Source of the DNA: Auanema rhodensis
Lineage: Eukaryota; Animalia; Nematoda
Length of the DNA: 64,000 nt
Assembly (NCBI GenBank): GCA_964057225.1
Contig: OZ059897.1
Coordinates: 21,142,001 to 21,206,000, forward strand
Direction: 5' to 3'
The notes under the pieces are model-generated. The model had not been told where the DNA came from, did not search any database, and saw nothing but the letters and a program-made list of their open reading frames with translations. Made by a program: the position numbers and the translations under genes. This document shows positions 37,001-52,600 of this stretch, piece by piece (positions within the stretch are counted from its first letter, which is position 1; every line of letters begins with the position of its first letter).

Positions 37001-40000
37001 CAGCTTAAAAATCCGCATCGAATGCACTATACTACATTGAGAAACGCTTGATACAAAAATTAGTTATAATCGTTTGAAAAATGATGCATTAGTGTATGTT
37101 GAGTTTCCATGTACACTCAACATTGCTTCCAAAAACATTTTGACAAAAATTTTTTCGAAAAATTTCAAAATAATTTAGCAAAAAGTAGATGTTTTTAGAT
37201 TTCATTTTTCAAGGCAAAGACGATGGACAATGTTATTCAACGAAAAAATTAATTCTTCAGGGTGAAAATCGAGGATACAAGTGTGAACTTATATCAGTTG
37301 ATATCTCGGTGCATTTTTAAGCTAGCGCAAATCTGATAACACAGATCGACGCAGCTTAAAAATCCGCATCGAATGCACTATACTACATTGAGAAACGCTT
37401 AATACAAAAATTAGTTATGATCGTTTGAAAAATGATGCATTAGTGTATGTTGAGTTTCCATGTACACTCAACATTGCTTCCAAAAACATTTTGACAAAAA
37501 TTTTTTCGAAAAATTTCAAAATAATTTAGCAAAAAGTAGATGTTTTTAGATTCCATTTTTCAAGGCAAAGACGATGGACGATGTTATTCAACGGAAAAAT
37601 TAATTCTTCAGGGTGAAAATCGAGGATATAAGTGTGAACTTATATCAGTTGATATCTCGGTGCATTTTTAAGCTAGCGCAAATCTGATAACACAGATCGA
37701 CGCAGCTTAAAAATCCGGATCGAATGCACTATACTACATTGAAGAACGCTTAATACAAAAATTAGTTATAATCGTTTGAAAAATGATGCATTAGTGTATG
37801 TTGAGTTTCCATGTACACTCAACATTGCTTCCAAAAACATTTTGACAAAAATTTTTTCGAAAAATTTCAAAATAATTTAGCAAAAAGTAGATGTTTTTAG
37901 ATTCCATTTTTCAAGGCAAAGACGATGGACAATGTTATTCAACGAAAAAATTAATTCTTCAGGGTGAAAATCGAGGATATAAGTGTGAACTTATATCAGT
38001 TGATATCTCGGTGCATTTTTAAGCTAGCGCAAATCTGATAACACAGATCGACGCAGCTTAAAAATCCGCATCGAATGCACTATACTACATTGAGAAACGC
38101 TTGTTACAAAAATAAGTTATGATCGTTTGAAAAATGATGCATTAGTGTATGTTGAGTTTCCATGTACACTCAACATTGCTTCCAAAAACATTTTGACAAA
38201 AATTTTTTCGAAAAATTTTCAAAATAATTTAGCAAAAAGTAGATGTTTTTAGATTCCTTTTTTCAAGGCAAAGACGATGGACAATGTTATTCAACGAAAA
38301 AATTAATTCTTCAGGGTGAAAATCGAGGATATAAGTGTGAACTTATATCAGTTGATATCTCGGTGCATTTTTAAGCTAGCGCAAATCTGATAACACAGAT
38401 CGACGCAGCTTAAAAATCCGCATCGAATGCACTATACTACATTGAGAAACGCTTAATACAAAAATTAGTTATGATCGTTTGAAAAATGATGCATTAGTGT
38501 ATGTTGAGTTTCCATGTACACTCAACATTGCTTCCAAAAACATTTTGACAAAAATTTTTTCGAAAAATTTCAAAATAATTTAGCAAAAAGTAGATGTTTT
38601 TAGATTCCATTTTTCAAGGCAAAGACGATGGACGATGTTATTCAACGGAAAAATTAATTCTTCAGGGTGAAAATCGAGGATATAAGTGTGAACTTATATC
38701 AGTTGATATCTCGGTGCATTTTTAAGCTAGCGCAAATCTGATAACACAGATCGACGCAGCTTAAAAATCCGGATCGAATGCACTATACTACATTGAATAA
38801 CGCTTAATACAAAAATTAGTTATAATCGTTTGAAAAATGATGCATTAGTGTATGTTGAGTTTCCATGTACACTCAACATTGCTTCCAAAAACATTTTGAC
38901 AAAAATTTTTTCGAAAAATTTCAAAATAATTTAGCAAAAAGTAGATGTTTTTAGATTCCATTTTTCAAGGCAAAGACGATGGACAATGTTATTCAACGAA
39001 AAAATTAATTCTTCAGGGTGAAAATCGAGGATATAAGTGTGAACTTATATCAGTTGATATCTCGGTGCATTTTCAAGCTAGCGCAAATCTGATAACACAG
39101 ATCGACGCAGCTTAAAAATCCGCATCGAATGCACTATACTACATTGAGAAACGCTTAATACAAAAATTAGTTATGATCGTTTGAAAAATGATGCATTAGT
39201 GTATGTTGAGTTTCCATGTACACTCAACATTGCTTCCAAAAACATTTTGACAAAAATTTTTTCGAAAAATTTCAAAATAATTTAGCAAAAAGTAGATGTT
39301 TTTAGATTCCTTTTTTCAAGGCAAAGACGATGGACAATGTTATTCAACGAAAAAATTATTTCTTCAGGGTGAAAATCGAGGATATAAGTGTGAACTTATA
39401 TCAGTTGATATCTCGGATATCTCGGTGCATTTTTAAGCTAGCGCAAATCTGATAAATCAGATCGACGCAGCTTAAAAATCCGCATCGAATGCACTATACT
39501 ACATTGAGAAACGCTTAATACAAAAATTAGTTATGATCGTTTGAAAAATGATGCATTAGTGTATGTTGAGTTTCCATGTACACTCAACATTGCTTCCAAA
39601 AACATTTTGACAAAAATTTTTTCGAAAAATTTCAAAATAATTTAGCAAAAAGTAGATGTTTTTAGATTCCTTTTTTCAAGGCAAAGACGATGGACAATGT
39701 TATTCAACGAAAAAATTATTTCTTCAGGGTGAAAATCGAGGATATAAGTGTGAACTTATATCAGTTGATATCTCGGATATCTCGGTGCATTTTTAAGCTA
39801 GCGCAAATCTGATAAATCAGATCGACGCAGCTTAAAAATCCGCATCGAATGCACTATACTACATTGAGAAACGCTTAATACAAAAATTAGTTATGATCGT
39901 TTGAAAAATGATGCATTAGTGTATGTTGAGTTTCCATGTACACTCAACATTGCTTCCAAAAACATTTTGACAAAAATTTTTTCGAAAAATTTCAAAATAA

Positions 40001-41536
40001 TTTAGCAAAAAGTAGATGTTTTTAGATTCCTTTTTTCAAGGCAAAGACGATGGACAATGTTATTCAACGAAAAAATTATTTCTTCAGGGTGAAAATCGAG
40101 GATATAAGTGTGAACTTATATCAGTTGATATCTCGGATATCTCGGTGCATTTTTAAGCTAGCGCAAATCTGATAAATCAGATCGACGCAGCTTAAAAATC
40201 CGCATCGAATGCACTATACTACATTGAGAAACGCTTAATACAAAAATTAGTTATGATCGTTTGAAAAATGATGCATTAGTGTATGTTGAGTTTCCATGTA
40301 CACTCAACATTGCTTCCAAAAACATTTTGACAAAAATTTTTTCGAAAAATTTCAAAATAATTTAGCAAAAAGTAGATGTTTTTAGATTCCTTTTTTCAAG
40401 GCAAAGACGATGGACAATGTTATTCAACGAAAAAATTATTTCTTCAGGGTGAAAATCGAGGATATAAGTGTGAACTTATATCAGTTGATATCTCGGATAT
40501 CTCGGTGCATTTTTAAGCTAGCGCAAATCTGATAAATCAGATCGACGCAGCTTAAAAATCCGCATCGAATGCACTATACTACATTGAGAAACGCTTAATA
40601 CAAAAATTAGTTATGATCGTTTGAAAAATGATGCATTAGTGTATGTTGAGTTTCCATGTACACTCAACATTGCTTCCAAAAACATTTTGACAAAAATTTT
40701 TTCGAAAAATTTCAAAATAATTTAGCAAAAAGTAGATGTTTTTAGATTCCTTTTTTCAAGGCAAAGACGATGGACAATGTTATTCAACGAAAAAATTATT
40801 TCTTCAGGGTGAAAATCGAGGATATAAGTGTGAACTTATATCAGTTGATATCTCGGATATCTCGGTGCATTTTTAAGCTAGCGCAAATCTGATAAATCAG
40901 ATCGACGCAGCTTAAAAATCCGCATCGAATGCACTATACTACATTGAGAAACGCTTAATACAAAAATTAGTTATGATCGTTTGAAAAATGATGCATTAGT
41001 GTATGTTGAGTTTCCATGTACACTCAACATTGCTTCCAAAAACATTTTGACAAAAATTTTTTCGAAAAATTTCAAAATAATTTAGCAAAAAGTAGATGTT
41101 TTTAGATTCCTTTTTTCAAGGCAAAGACGATGGACAATGTTATTCAACGAAAAAATTATTTCTTCAGGGTGAAAATCGAGGATATAAGTGTGAACTTATA
41201 TCAGTTGATATCTCGGATATCTCGGTGCATTTTTCAGCTAGCGCAAATCTGATAAATCAGATCGACGCAGCTTAAAAATCCGCATCGAATGCACTATACT
41301 ACATTGAGAAACGCTTAATACAAAAATTAGTTATGATCGTTTGAAAAATGATGCATTAGTGTATGTTGAGTTTCCATGTACACTCAACATTGCTTCCAAA
41401 AACATTTTGACAAAAATTTTTTCGAAAAATTTCAAAATAATTTAGCAAAAAGTAGTTGTTTTTAGATTCCTTTTTTCAAGGCAAAGACGATGGACAATGT
41501 TATTCAACGAAAAAATTATTTCTTCAGGGTGAAAAT
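28081..41536. repeat. Zone containing the thirteen 360-bp monomer variants
   Basis: GATATCTCG-GATATCTCG occurs in monomers starting at 28081, 29494, 29854, 32320, 33733, 34093, 34453, 39377, 39737, 40097, 40457, 40817 and 41177. Confidence 0.95.
30916..34092. repeat. 4-monomer tandem duplication (1413-bp offset)
   Basis: M90=M94 (31267/32680), M91=M95, M92=M96; M93 is the chimeric junction monomer. Confidence 0.8.
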
Positions 41537-44500
41537 CGAGGATATAAGTGTGAACTTATATCAGTTGATATCTCGGTGCATTTTTAAGCTAGCGCAAATC
41601 TGATAACACAGATCGACGCAGCTTAAAAATCCGCATCGAATGCACTATACTACATTGAAAAACGCTTAATACAAAAATTAGTTATGATCGTTTGAAAAAT
41701 GATGCATTAGTGTATGTTGAGTTTCCATGTACACTCAACATTGCTTCCAAAAACATTTTGACAAAAATTTTTTCGAAAAATTTCAAAATAATTTAGCAAA
41801 AAGTAGATGTTTTTAGATTCCTTTTTTCAAGGCAAAGACGATGGACAATGTTATTCAACGAAAAAATTAATTCTTCAGGGTGAAAATCGAGGATATAAGT
41901 GTGAACTTATATCAGTTGATATCTCGGTGCATTTTTAAGCTAGCGCAAATCTGATAACACAGATCGACGCAGCTTAAAAATTCGCATCGAATGCACTATA
42001 CTACATTGAGAAACACTTGATACAAAAATTAGTTATAATCGTTTGAAAAATGATGCATTAGTGTATGTTGAGTTTCCATGTACACTCAACATTGCTTCCA
42101 AAAACATTTTGACAAAAATTTTTTCGAAAAATTTCAAAATAATTTAGCAAAAAGTAGATGTTTTTAGATTCCATTTTTCAAGGCAAAGACGATGGACAAT
42201 GTTATTCAACGAAAAAATTAATTCTTCAGGGTGAAAATCGAGGATATAAGTGTGAACTTATATCAGTTGATATCTCGGTGCATTTTTAAGCTAGCGCAAA
42301 TCTGATAACACAGATCGACGCAGCTTAAAAATCCGCATCGAATGCACTATACTACATTGAGAAACGCTTGTTACAAAAATAAGTTATGATCGTTTGAAAA
42401 ATGATGCATTAGTGTATGTTGAGTTTCCATGTACACTCAACATTGCTTCCAAAAACATTTTGACAAAAATTTTTTCGAAAAATTTCAAAATAATTTAGCA
42501 AAAAGTAGATGTTTTTAGATTCCTTTTTTCAAGGCAAAGACGATGGACAATGTTATTCAACGAAAAAATTAATTCTTCAGGGTGAAAATCGAGGATATAA
42601 GTGTGAACTTATATCAGTTGATATCTCGGTGCATTTTTAAGCTAGCGCAAATCTGATAACACAGATCGACGCAGCTTAAAAATCCGCATCGAATGCACTA
42701 TACTACATTGAGAAACGCTTGATACAAAAATTAGTTATGATCGTTTGAAAAATGATGCATTAGTGTATGTTGAGTTTCCATGTACACTCAACATTGCTTC
42801 CAAAAACATTTTGACAAAAATTTTTTCGAAAAATTTCAAAATAATTCAGCGAAAAGTAAATGTTTTTAGATTCCATTTTTCAAGGCAAAGACGATGGACA
42901 ATGTTATTCAACGAAAAAATTAATTCTTCAGGGTGAAAATCGAGGATATAAGTGTGAACTTATAAAAGTTGATATCTCGGTGCATTTTTAAGCTAGCGCA
43001 AATCTGATAACACAGATCGACGCAGCTTAAAAATCCGCATCGAATGCACTATACTACATTGAGAAACGCTTGATACAAAAATTAGTTATAATCGTTTGAA
43101 AAATGATGCATTAGTGTATGTTGAGTTTCCATGTACACTCAATATTGCTTCCAAAAACATTTTGACAAAAATTTTTTCGAAAAATTTCAAAATAATTTAG
43201 CAAAAAGTAGATGTTTTTAGATTTCATTTTTCAAAGCAAAGAGGATGGACAATGTTATTCAACGAAAAAATTAATTCTTCAGGGTGAAAATCGAGGATAT
43301 AAGTGTGAACTTATATCAGTTGATATCTCGGTGCATTTTTAAGCTAGCGCAAATCTGATAACACAGATCGACGCAGCTTAAAAATCCGCATCGAATGCAC
43401 TATACTACATTGAGAAACACTTGATACAAAAATTGGTTATGATCGTTTGAAAAATGATGCATTAGTGTATGTTGAGTTTCCATGTACACTCAACATTACT
43501 TCCAAAAACATTTTGGCAAAAATTTTTTCGAAAAAATTCAAAATAATTTAGCAAAAAGTAGATGTTTTTAGATTCCATTTTTCAAGGCAAAGACGATGGA
43601 CAATGTTATTCAACGAAAAAATTAATTCTTCAGGGTGAAAATCGAGGATATAAGTGTGAACTTATAAAAGTTGATATCTCGGTGCATTTTTAAGCTAGCG
43701 CAAATCTGATAACACAGATCGACGCAGCTTAAAAATCCGCATCGAATGCACTATACTACATTGAGAAACGCTTGATACAAAAATTAGTTATAATCGTTTG
43801 AAAAATGATGCATTAGTGTATGTTGAGTTTCCATGTACACTCAACATTGCTTCCAAAAACATTTTGACAAAAATTTTTTCGAAAAATTTCAAAATAATTT
43901 AGCAAAAAGTAGATGTTTTTAGATTTCATTTTTCAAGGCAAAGACGATGGACAATGTTATTCAACGAAAAAATTAATTCTTCAGGGTGAAAATCGAGGAT
44001 ACAAGTGTGAACTTATATCAGTTGATATCTCGGTGCATTTTTAAGCTAGCGCAAATCTGATAACACAGATCGACGCAGCTTAAAAATCCGCATCGAATGC
44101 ACTATACTACATTGAGAAACGCTTAATACAAAAATTAGTTATGATCGTTTGAAAAATGATGCATTAGTGTATGTTGAGTTTCCATGTACACTCAACATTG
44201 CTTCCAAAAACATTTTGACAAAAATTTTTTCGAAAAATTTCAAAATAATTTAGCAAAAAGTAGATGTTTTTAGATTCCATTTTTCAAGGCAAAGACGATG
44301 GACGATGTTATTCAACGGAAAAATTAATTCTTCAGGGTGAAAATCGAGGATATAAGTGTGAACTTATATCAGTTGATATCTCGGTGCATTTTTAAGCTAG
44401 CGCAAATCTGATAACACAGATCGACGCAGCTTAAAAATCCGCATCGAATGCACTATACTACATTGAGAAACGCTTGATACAAAAATTAGTTATAATCGTT

Positions 44501-46451
44501 TGAAAAATGATGCATTAGTGTATGTTGAGTTTCCATGTACACTCAACATTGCTTCCAAAAACATTTTGACAAAAATTTTTTCGAAAAATTTCAAAATAAT
44601 TTAGCAAAAAGTAGATGTTTTTAGATTTCATTTTTCAAGGCAAAGACGATGGACAATGTTATTCAACGAAAAAATTAATTCTTCAGGGTGAAAATCGAGG
44701 ATACAAGTGTGAACTTATATCAGTTGATATCTCGGTGCATTTTTAAGCTAGCGCAAATCTGATAACACAGATCGACGCAGCTTAAAAATCCGCATCGAAT
44801 GCACTATACTACATTGAGAAACGCTTAATACAAAAATTAGTTATGATCGTTTGAAAAATGATGCATTAGTGTATGTTGAGTTTCCATGTACACTCAACAT
44901 TGCTTCCAAAAACATTTTGACAAAAATTTTTTCGAAAAATTTCAAAATAATTTAGCAAAAAGTAGATGTTTTTAGATTCCATTTTTCAAGGCAAAGACGA
45001 TGGACGATGTTATTCAACGGAAAAATTAATTCTTCAGGGTGAAAATCGAGGATATAAGTGTGAACTTATATCAGTTGATATCTCGGTGCATTTTTAAGCT
45101 AGCGCAAATCTGATAACACAGATCGACGCAGCTTAAAAATCCGGATCGAATGCACTATACTACATTGAAGAACGCTTAATACAAAAATTAGTTATAATCG
45201 TTTGAAAAATGATGCATTAGTGTATGTTGAGTTTCCATGTACACTCAACATTGCTTCCAAAAACATTTTGACAAAAATTTTTTCGAAAAATTTCAAAATA
45301 ATTTAGCAAAAAGTAGATGTTTTTAGATTCCATTTTTCAAGGCAAAGACGATGGACAATGTTATTCAACGAAAAAATTAATTCTTCAGGGTGAAAATCGA
45401 GGATATAAGTGTGAACTTATATCAGTTGATATCTCGGTGCATTTTTAAGCTAGCGCAAATCTGATAACACAGATCGACGCAGCTTAAAAATCCGCATCGA
45501 ATGCACTATACTACATTGAGAAACGCTTGTTACAAAAATAAGTTATGATCGTTTGAAAAATGATGCATTAGTGTATGTTGAGTTTCCATGTACACTCAAC
45601 ATTGCTTCCAAAAACATTTTGACAAAAATTTTTTCGAAAAATTTTCAAAATAATTTAGCAAAAAGTAGATGTTTTTAGATTCCTTTTTTCAAGGCAAAGA
45701 CGATGGACAATGTTATTCAACGAAAAAATTAATTCTTCAGGGTGAAAATCGAGGATATAAGTGTGAACTTATATCAGTTGATATCTCGGTGCATTTTTAA
45801 GCTAGCGCAAATCTGATAACACAGATCGACGCAGCTTAAAAATCCGCATCGAATGCACTATACTACATTGAGAAACGCTTAATACAAAAATTAGTTATGA
45901 TCGTTTGAAAAATGATGCATTAGTGTATGTTGAGTTTCCATGTACACTCAACATTGCTTCCAAAAACATTTTGACAAAAATTTTTTCGAAAAATTTCAAA
46001 ATAATTTAGCAAAAAGTAGATGTTTTTAGATTCCATTTTTCAAGGCAAAGACGATGGACGATGTTATTCAACGGAAAAATTAATTCTTCAGGGTGAAAAT
46101 CGAGGATATAAGTGTGAACTTATATCAGTTGATATCTCGGTGCATTTTTAAGCTAGCGCAAATCTGATAACACAGATCGACGCAGCTTAAAAATCCGGAT
46201 CGAATGCACTATACTACATTGAATAACGCTTAATACAAAAATTAGTTATAATCGTTTGAAAAATGATGCATTAGTGTATGTTGAGTTTCCATGTACACTC
46301 AACATTGCTTCCAAAAACATTTTGACAAAAATTTTTTCGAAAAATTTCAAAATAATTTAGCAAAAAGTAGATGTTTTTAGATTCCATTTTTCAAGGCAAA
46401 GACGATGGACAATGTTATTCAACGAAAAAATTAATTCTTCAGGGTGAAAAT
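33382..46451. repeat. Large block duplication within the array (~33382-39025 vs ~39026-46451)
   Basis: Rare markers appear in the same order in both copies: 360-bp run, AATTCGC, TTGTTAC/AATAAG, TCAGCGAAAAGTAAA, CAATATT+GAGGATGG, GATACAAG x2, the 352-bp monomer (37972/45398) and GAATAAC. Offsets are 7075 and then 7426. Confidence 0.85.
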
Positions 46452-49400
46452 CGAGGATATAAGTGTGAACTTATATCAGTTGATATCTCGGTGCATTTTT
46501 AAGCTAGCGCAAATCTGATAACATAGATCGACGCAGCTTAAAAATCCGCATCGAATGCACTATACTACATTGAGAAACGCTTAATACAAAAATTAGTTAT
46601 GATCGTTTGAAAAATGATGCATTAGTGTATGTTGAGTTTCCATGTACACTCAACATTGCTTCCAAAAACATTTTGACAAAAATTTTTTCGAAAAATTTCA
46701 AAATAATTTAGCAAAAAGTAGATGTTTTTAGATTCCATTTTTCAAGGCAAAGACGATGGACGATGTTATTCAACGGAAAAATTAATTCTTCAGGGTGAAA
46801 ATCGAGGATATAAGTGTGAACTTATATCAGTTGATATCTCGGTGCATTTTTAAGCTAGCGCAAATCTGATAACACAGATCGACGCAGCTTAAAAATCCGG
46901 ATCGAATGCACTATACTACATTGAAGAACGCTTAATACAAAAATTAGTTATAATCGTTTGAAAAATGATGCATTAGTGTATGTTGAGTTTCCATGTACAC
47001 TCAACATTGCTTCCAAAAACATTTTGACAAAAATTTTTTCGAAAAATTTCAAAATAATTTAGCAAAAAGTAGATGTTTTTAGATTCCATTTTTCAAGGCA
47101 AAGACGATGGACAATGTTATTCAACGAAAAAATTAATTCTTCAGGGTGAAAATCGAGGATATAAGTGTGAACTTATATCAGTTGATATCTCGGTGCATTT
47201 TTAAGCTAGCGCAAATCTGATAACACAGATCGACGCAGCTTAAAAATCCGCATCGAATGCACTATACTACATTGAGAAACGCTTGTTACAAAAATAAGTT
47301 ATGATCGTTTGAAAAATGATGCATTAGTGTATGTTGAGTTTCCATGTACACTCAACATTGCTTCCAAAAACATTTTGACAAAAATTTTTTCGAAAAATTT
47401 TAAAATAATTTAGCAAAAAGTAGATGTTTTTAGATTCCATTTTTCAAGGCAAAGACGATGGACAATGTTATTCAACGAAAAAATTAATTCTTCAGGGTGA
47501 AAATCGAGGATATAAGTGTGAACTTATATCAGTTGATATCTCGGTGCATTTTTAAGCTAGCGCAAATCTGATAACACAGATCGACGCAGCTTAAAAATCC
47601 GCATCGAATGCACTATACTACATTAAGAAACGCTTAATACAAAAATTAGTTATGATCGTTTGAAAAATGATGCATTAGTGTATGTTGAGTTTCCATGTAC
47701 ACTCAACATTGCTTCCAAAAACATTTTGACAAAAATTTTTTCGAAAAATTTCGAAATAATTTAGCAAAAAGTAGATGTTTTTAGATTCCATTTTTCAAGG
47801 CAAAGACGATAGACAATGTTATTCAACGAAAAAATTAATTCTTCAGGGTGAAAATCGAGGATATAAGTGTGAACCTATATCAGTTGATATCTCGGTGCAT
47901 TTGCAAGCTAGCGCAAATCTGATAACACAGATCGACGCAGCTTAAAAATCCGCATCGAATGCACTATACTACATTGAGAAACGCTTGATACAAAAATTAG
48001 TCATGATCGTTTGAAAAATGATGCATTAGTGTATGTTGAGTTTCCATGTACACTCAACATTGCTTCCAAAAACATTTTGACAAAAATTTTTTCGAAAAAT
48101 TTTAGAATAATTTAGCAAAAAGTAGATGTTTTTAGATTCCTTTTTTCAAGGCAAAGACGATAGACAATGTTATTCAACGAAAAAATTAATTCTTCAGGGT
48201 GAAAATCGAGGATATAAGTGTGAACTTATATCAGTTGATATCTCGGTGCATTTTTAAGCTAGCGCAAATCTGATAACACAGATCGACGCAGCTTAAAAAT
48301 CCGCATCGAATGCACTATACTACATTGAGAAACGCTTAATACAAAAATTAGTTATGATCGTTTGAAAAATGATGCATTAGTGTATGTTGAGTTTCCATGT
48401 ACACTCAACATTGCTTCCACAAACATTTTGACAAAAATTTTTTCGAAAAATTTCAAAATAATTTAGCGAAAAGTAGATGTTTTTAGATTTCATTTTTCAA
48501 GGCAAAGACGATAGACAATGTTATTCAACGAAAAAATTAATTCTTCAGGGTGAAAATCGAGGATATAAGTGTGAACTGATATCAGTTGATATCTCGGTGC
48601 ATTTTCAAGCTAGCGCAAATCTGATAACACAGATCGACGCAGCTTAAAAATCCGCATCAAATGCACTATACTACATTGAGAAACGCTTGATACAAAAATT
48701 AGTCATGATCGTTTGAAAAATGATGCATTAGTGTATGTTGAGTTTCCATGTACACTCAACATTGCTTCCAAAAACATTTTGACAAAAATTTTTTCGAAAA
48801 ATTTCAAAATAATTTAGCAAAAAGTAGATGTTTTTAGATTCCATTTTTCAAGGCAAAGACGATGGACAATGTTATTCAACGAAAAAATTAATTCTTCAGG
48901 GTGAAAATCGAGGATATAAGTGTGAACTTATATCAGTTGATATCTCGGTGCATTTTTAAGCTAGCGCAAATCTGATAACACAGATCGACGCAGCTTAAAA
49001 ATCCGGATCGAATGCACTATACTACATTGAAGAACGCTTAATACAAAAATTAGTTATAATCGTTTGAAAAATGATGCATTAGTGTATGTTGAGTTTCCAT
49101 GTACACTCAACATTGCTTCCAAAAACATTTTGACAAAAATTTTTTCGAAAAATTTCAAAATAATTTAGCAAAAAGTAGATGTTTTTAGATTCCATTTTTC
49201 AAGGCAAAGACGATGGACAATGTTATTCAACGAAAAAATTAATTCTTCAGGGTGAAAATCGAGGATATAAGTGTGAACTTATATCAGTTGATATCTCGGT
49301 GCATTTTTAAGCTAGCGCAAATCTGATAACACAGATCGACGCAGCTTAAAAATCCGCATCGAATGCACTATACTACATTGAGAAACGCTTAATACAAAAA

Positions 49401-49610
49401 TTAGTTATGATCGTTTGAAAAATGATGCATTAGTGTATGTTGAGTTTCCATGTACACTCAACATTGCTTCCACAAACATTTTGACAAAAATTTTTTCGAA
49501 AAATTTCAAAATAATTTAGCAAAAAGTAGATGTTTTTAGATTCCATTTTTCAAGGCAAAGACGATGGACAATGTTATTCAACGAAAAAATTAATTCTTCA
49601 GGGTGAAAAT

Positions 49611-52600
49611 CGATGATATAAGTGTGAACTTATATCAGTTGATATCTCGGTGCATTTTTAAGCTAGCGCAAATCTGATAACACAGATCGACGCAGCTTAC
49701 AAATTCGCATCGAATGCACTATACTACATTGAGAAACACTTGATACAAAAATTAGTTATGATCGTTTGAAAAATGATGCATTAGTGTATGTTGAGTTTCC
49801 ATGTACACTCAACATTGCTTCCAAAAACATTTTGACAAAAATTTTTTCGAAAAATTTCAAAATAATTTAGCAAAAAGTAGATGTTTTTAGATTCCATTTT
49901 TCAAGGCAAAGACGATGGACAATGTTATTCAACGAAAAAATTAATTCTTCAGGGTGAAAATCGAGGATATAAGTGTGAACTTATATCAGTTGATATCTCG
50001 GTGCATTTTTAAGCTAGCGCAAATCTGATAACACAGATCGACGCAGCTTAAAAATCCGCATCGAATGCACTATACTACATTAAGAAACGCTTAATACAAA
50101 AATTAGTTATGATCGTTTGAAAAATGATGCATTAGTGTATGTTGAGTTTCCATGTACACTCAACATTGCTTCCAAAAACATTTTGACAAAAATTTTTTCG
50201 AAAAATTTCGAAATAATTTAGCAAAAAGTAGATGTTTTTAGATTCCATTTTTCAAGGCAAAGACGATAGACAATGTTATTCAACGAAAAAATTAATTCTT
50301 CAGGGTGAAAATCGAGGATATAAGTGTGAACTGATATCAGTTGATATCTCGGTGCATTTTCAAGCTAGCGCAAATCTGATAACACAGATCGACGCAGCTT
50401 AAAAATCCGCATCGAATGCACTATACTACATTGAGAAAAGCTTAATACAAAAATTAGTTATGATCGTTTGAAAAATGATGCATTAGTGTATGTTGAGTTT
50501 CCATGTACACTCAACATTGCTTCCAAAAACATTTTGACAAAAATTTTTTCGAAAAATTTCGAAATATTTTAGCAAAAAGTAGATGTTTTTAGATTCCATT
50601 TTTCAAGGCAAAGACGATAGACAATGTTATTCAACGAAAAAATTAATTCTTCAGGGTGAAAATCGAGGATATAAGTGTGAACTGATATCAGTTGATATCT
50701 CGGTGCATTTTCAAGCTAGCGCAAATCTGATAACACAGATCGACGCAGCTTAAAAATCCGCATCGAATGCACTATACTACATTGAGAAACGCTTGATACA
50801 AAAATTAGTTATGATCGTTTGAAAAATGATGCATTAGTGTATGTTGAGTTTCCATGTACACTCAACATTGCTTCCAAAAACATTTTGACAAAAATTTTTT
50901 CGAAAAATTTCAGAATAATTTAGCAAAAAGTAGATGTTTTTAGATTTCATTTTTCAAGGCAAAGACGATAGACAATGTTATTCAACGAAAAAATTAATTC
51001 TTCAGGGTGAAAATCGAGGATATAAGTGTGAACTGATATCAGTTGATATCTCGGTGCATTTGCAAGCTAGCGCAAATCTGATAACACAGATCGACGCAGC
51101 TTAAAAATCCGCATCGAATGCACTATACTACATTGAGAAACGCTTGATACAAAAATTAGTCATGATCGTTTGAAAAATGATGCATTAGTGTATGTTGAGT
51201 TTCCATGTACACTCAACATTGCTTCCACAAACATTTTGACAAAAATTTTTTCGAAAAATTTCAGAATAATTTAGCAAAAAGTAGATGTTTTTAGATTCCT
51301 TTTTTCAAGGCAAAGACGATAGACAATGTTATTCAACGAAAAAATTAATTCTTCAGGGTGAAAATCGATGATATAAGTGTGAACTTATATCAGTTGATAT
51401 CTCGGTGCATTTTTAAGCTAGCGCAAATCTGATAACACAGATCGACGCAGCTTAAAAATTCGCATCGAATGCACTATACTACATTGAGAAACACTTGATA
51501 CAAAAATTAGTTATGATCGTTTGAAAAATGATGCATTAGTGTATGTTGAGTTTCCATGTACACTCAACATTGCTTCCAAAAACATTTTGACAAAAATTTT
51601 TTCGAAAAATTTCAAAATAATTTAGCAAAAAGTAGATGTTTTTAGATTCCATTTTTCAAGGCAAAGACGATGGACAATGTTATTCAACGAAAAAATTAAT
51701 TCTTCAGGGTGAAAATCGAGGATATAAGTGTGAACTTATATCAGTTGATATCTCGGTGCATTTTTAAGCTAGCGCAAATCTGATAACACAGATCGACGCA
51801 GCTTAAAAATCCGCATCGAATGCACTATACTACATTAAGAAACGCTTAATACAAAAATTAGTTATGATCGTTTGAAAAATGATGCATTAGTGTATGTTGA
51901 GTTTCCATGTACACTCAACATTGCTTCCAAAAACATTTTGACAAAAATTTTTTCGAAAAATTTCGAAATAATTTAGCAAAAAGTAGATGTTTTTAGATTC
52001 CATTTTTCAAGGCAAAGACGATAGACAATGTTATTCAACGAAAAAATTAATTCTTCAGGGTGAAAATCGAGGATATAAGTGTGAACTGATATCAGTTGAT
52101 ATCTCGGTGCATTTTCAAGCTAGCGCAAATCTGATAACACAGATCGACGCAGCTTAAAAATCCGCATCGAATGCACTATACTACATTGAGAAAAGCTTAA
52201 TACAAAAATTAGTTATGATCGTTTGAAAAATGATGCATTAGTGTATGTTGAGTTTCCATGTACACTCAACATTGCTTCCAAAAACATTTTGACAAAAATT
52301 TTTTCGAAAAATTTCGAAATATTTTAGCAAAAAGTAGATGTTTTTAGATTCCATTTTTCAAGGCAAAGACGATAGACAATGTTATTCAACGAAAAAATTA
52401 ATTCTTCAGGGTGAAAATCGAGGATATAAGTGTGAACTGATATCAGTTGATATCTCGGTGCATTTTCAAGCTAGCGCAAATCTGATAACACAGATCGACG
52501 CAGCTTAAAAATCCGCATCGAATGCACTATACTACATTGAGAAACGCTTGATACAAAAATTAGTTATGATCGTTTGAAAAATGATGCATTAGTGTATGTT

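Noticed and set aside
42745-42936. Second identical 63-aa ORF
   Set aside because: It is the block-duplicated copy of the same monomer, so it is not independent evidence of coding function.
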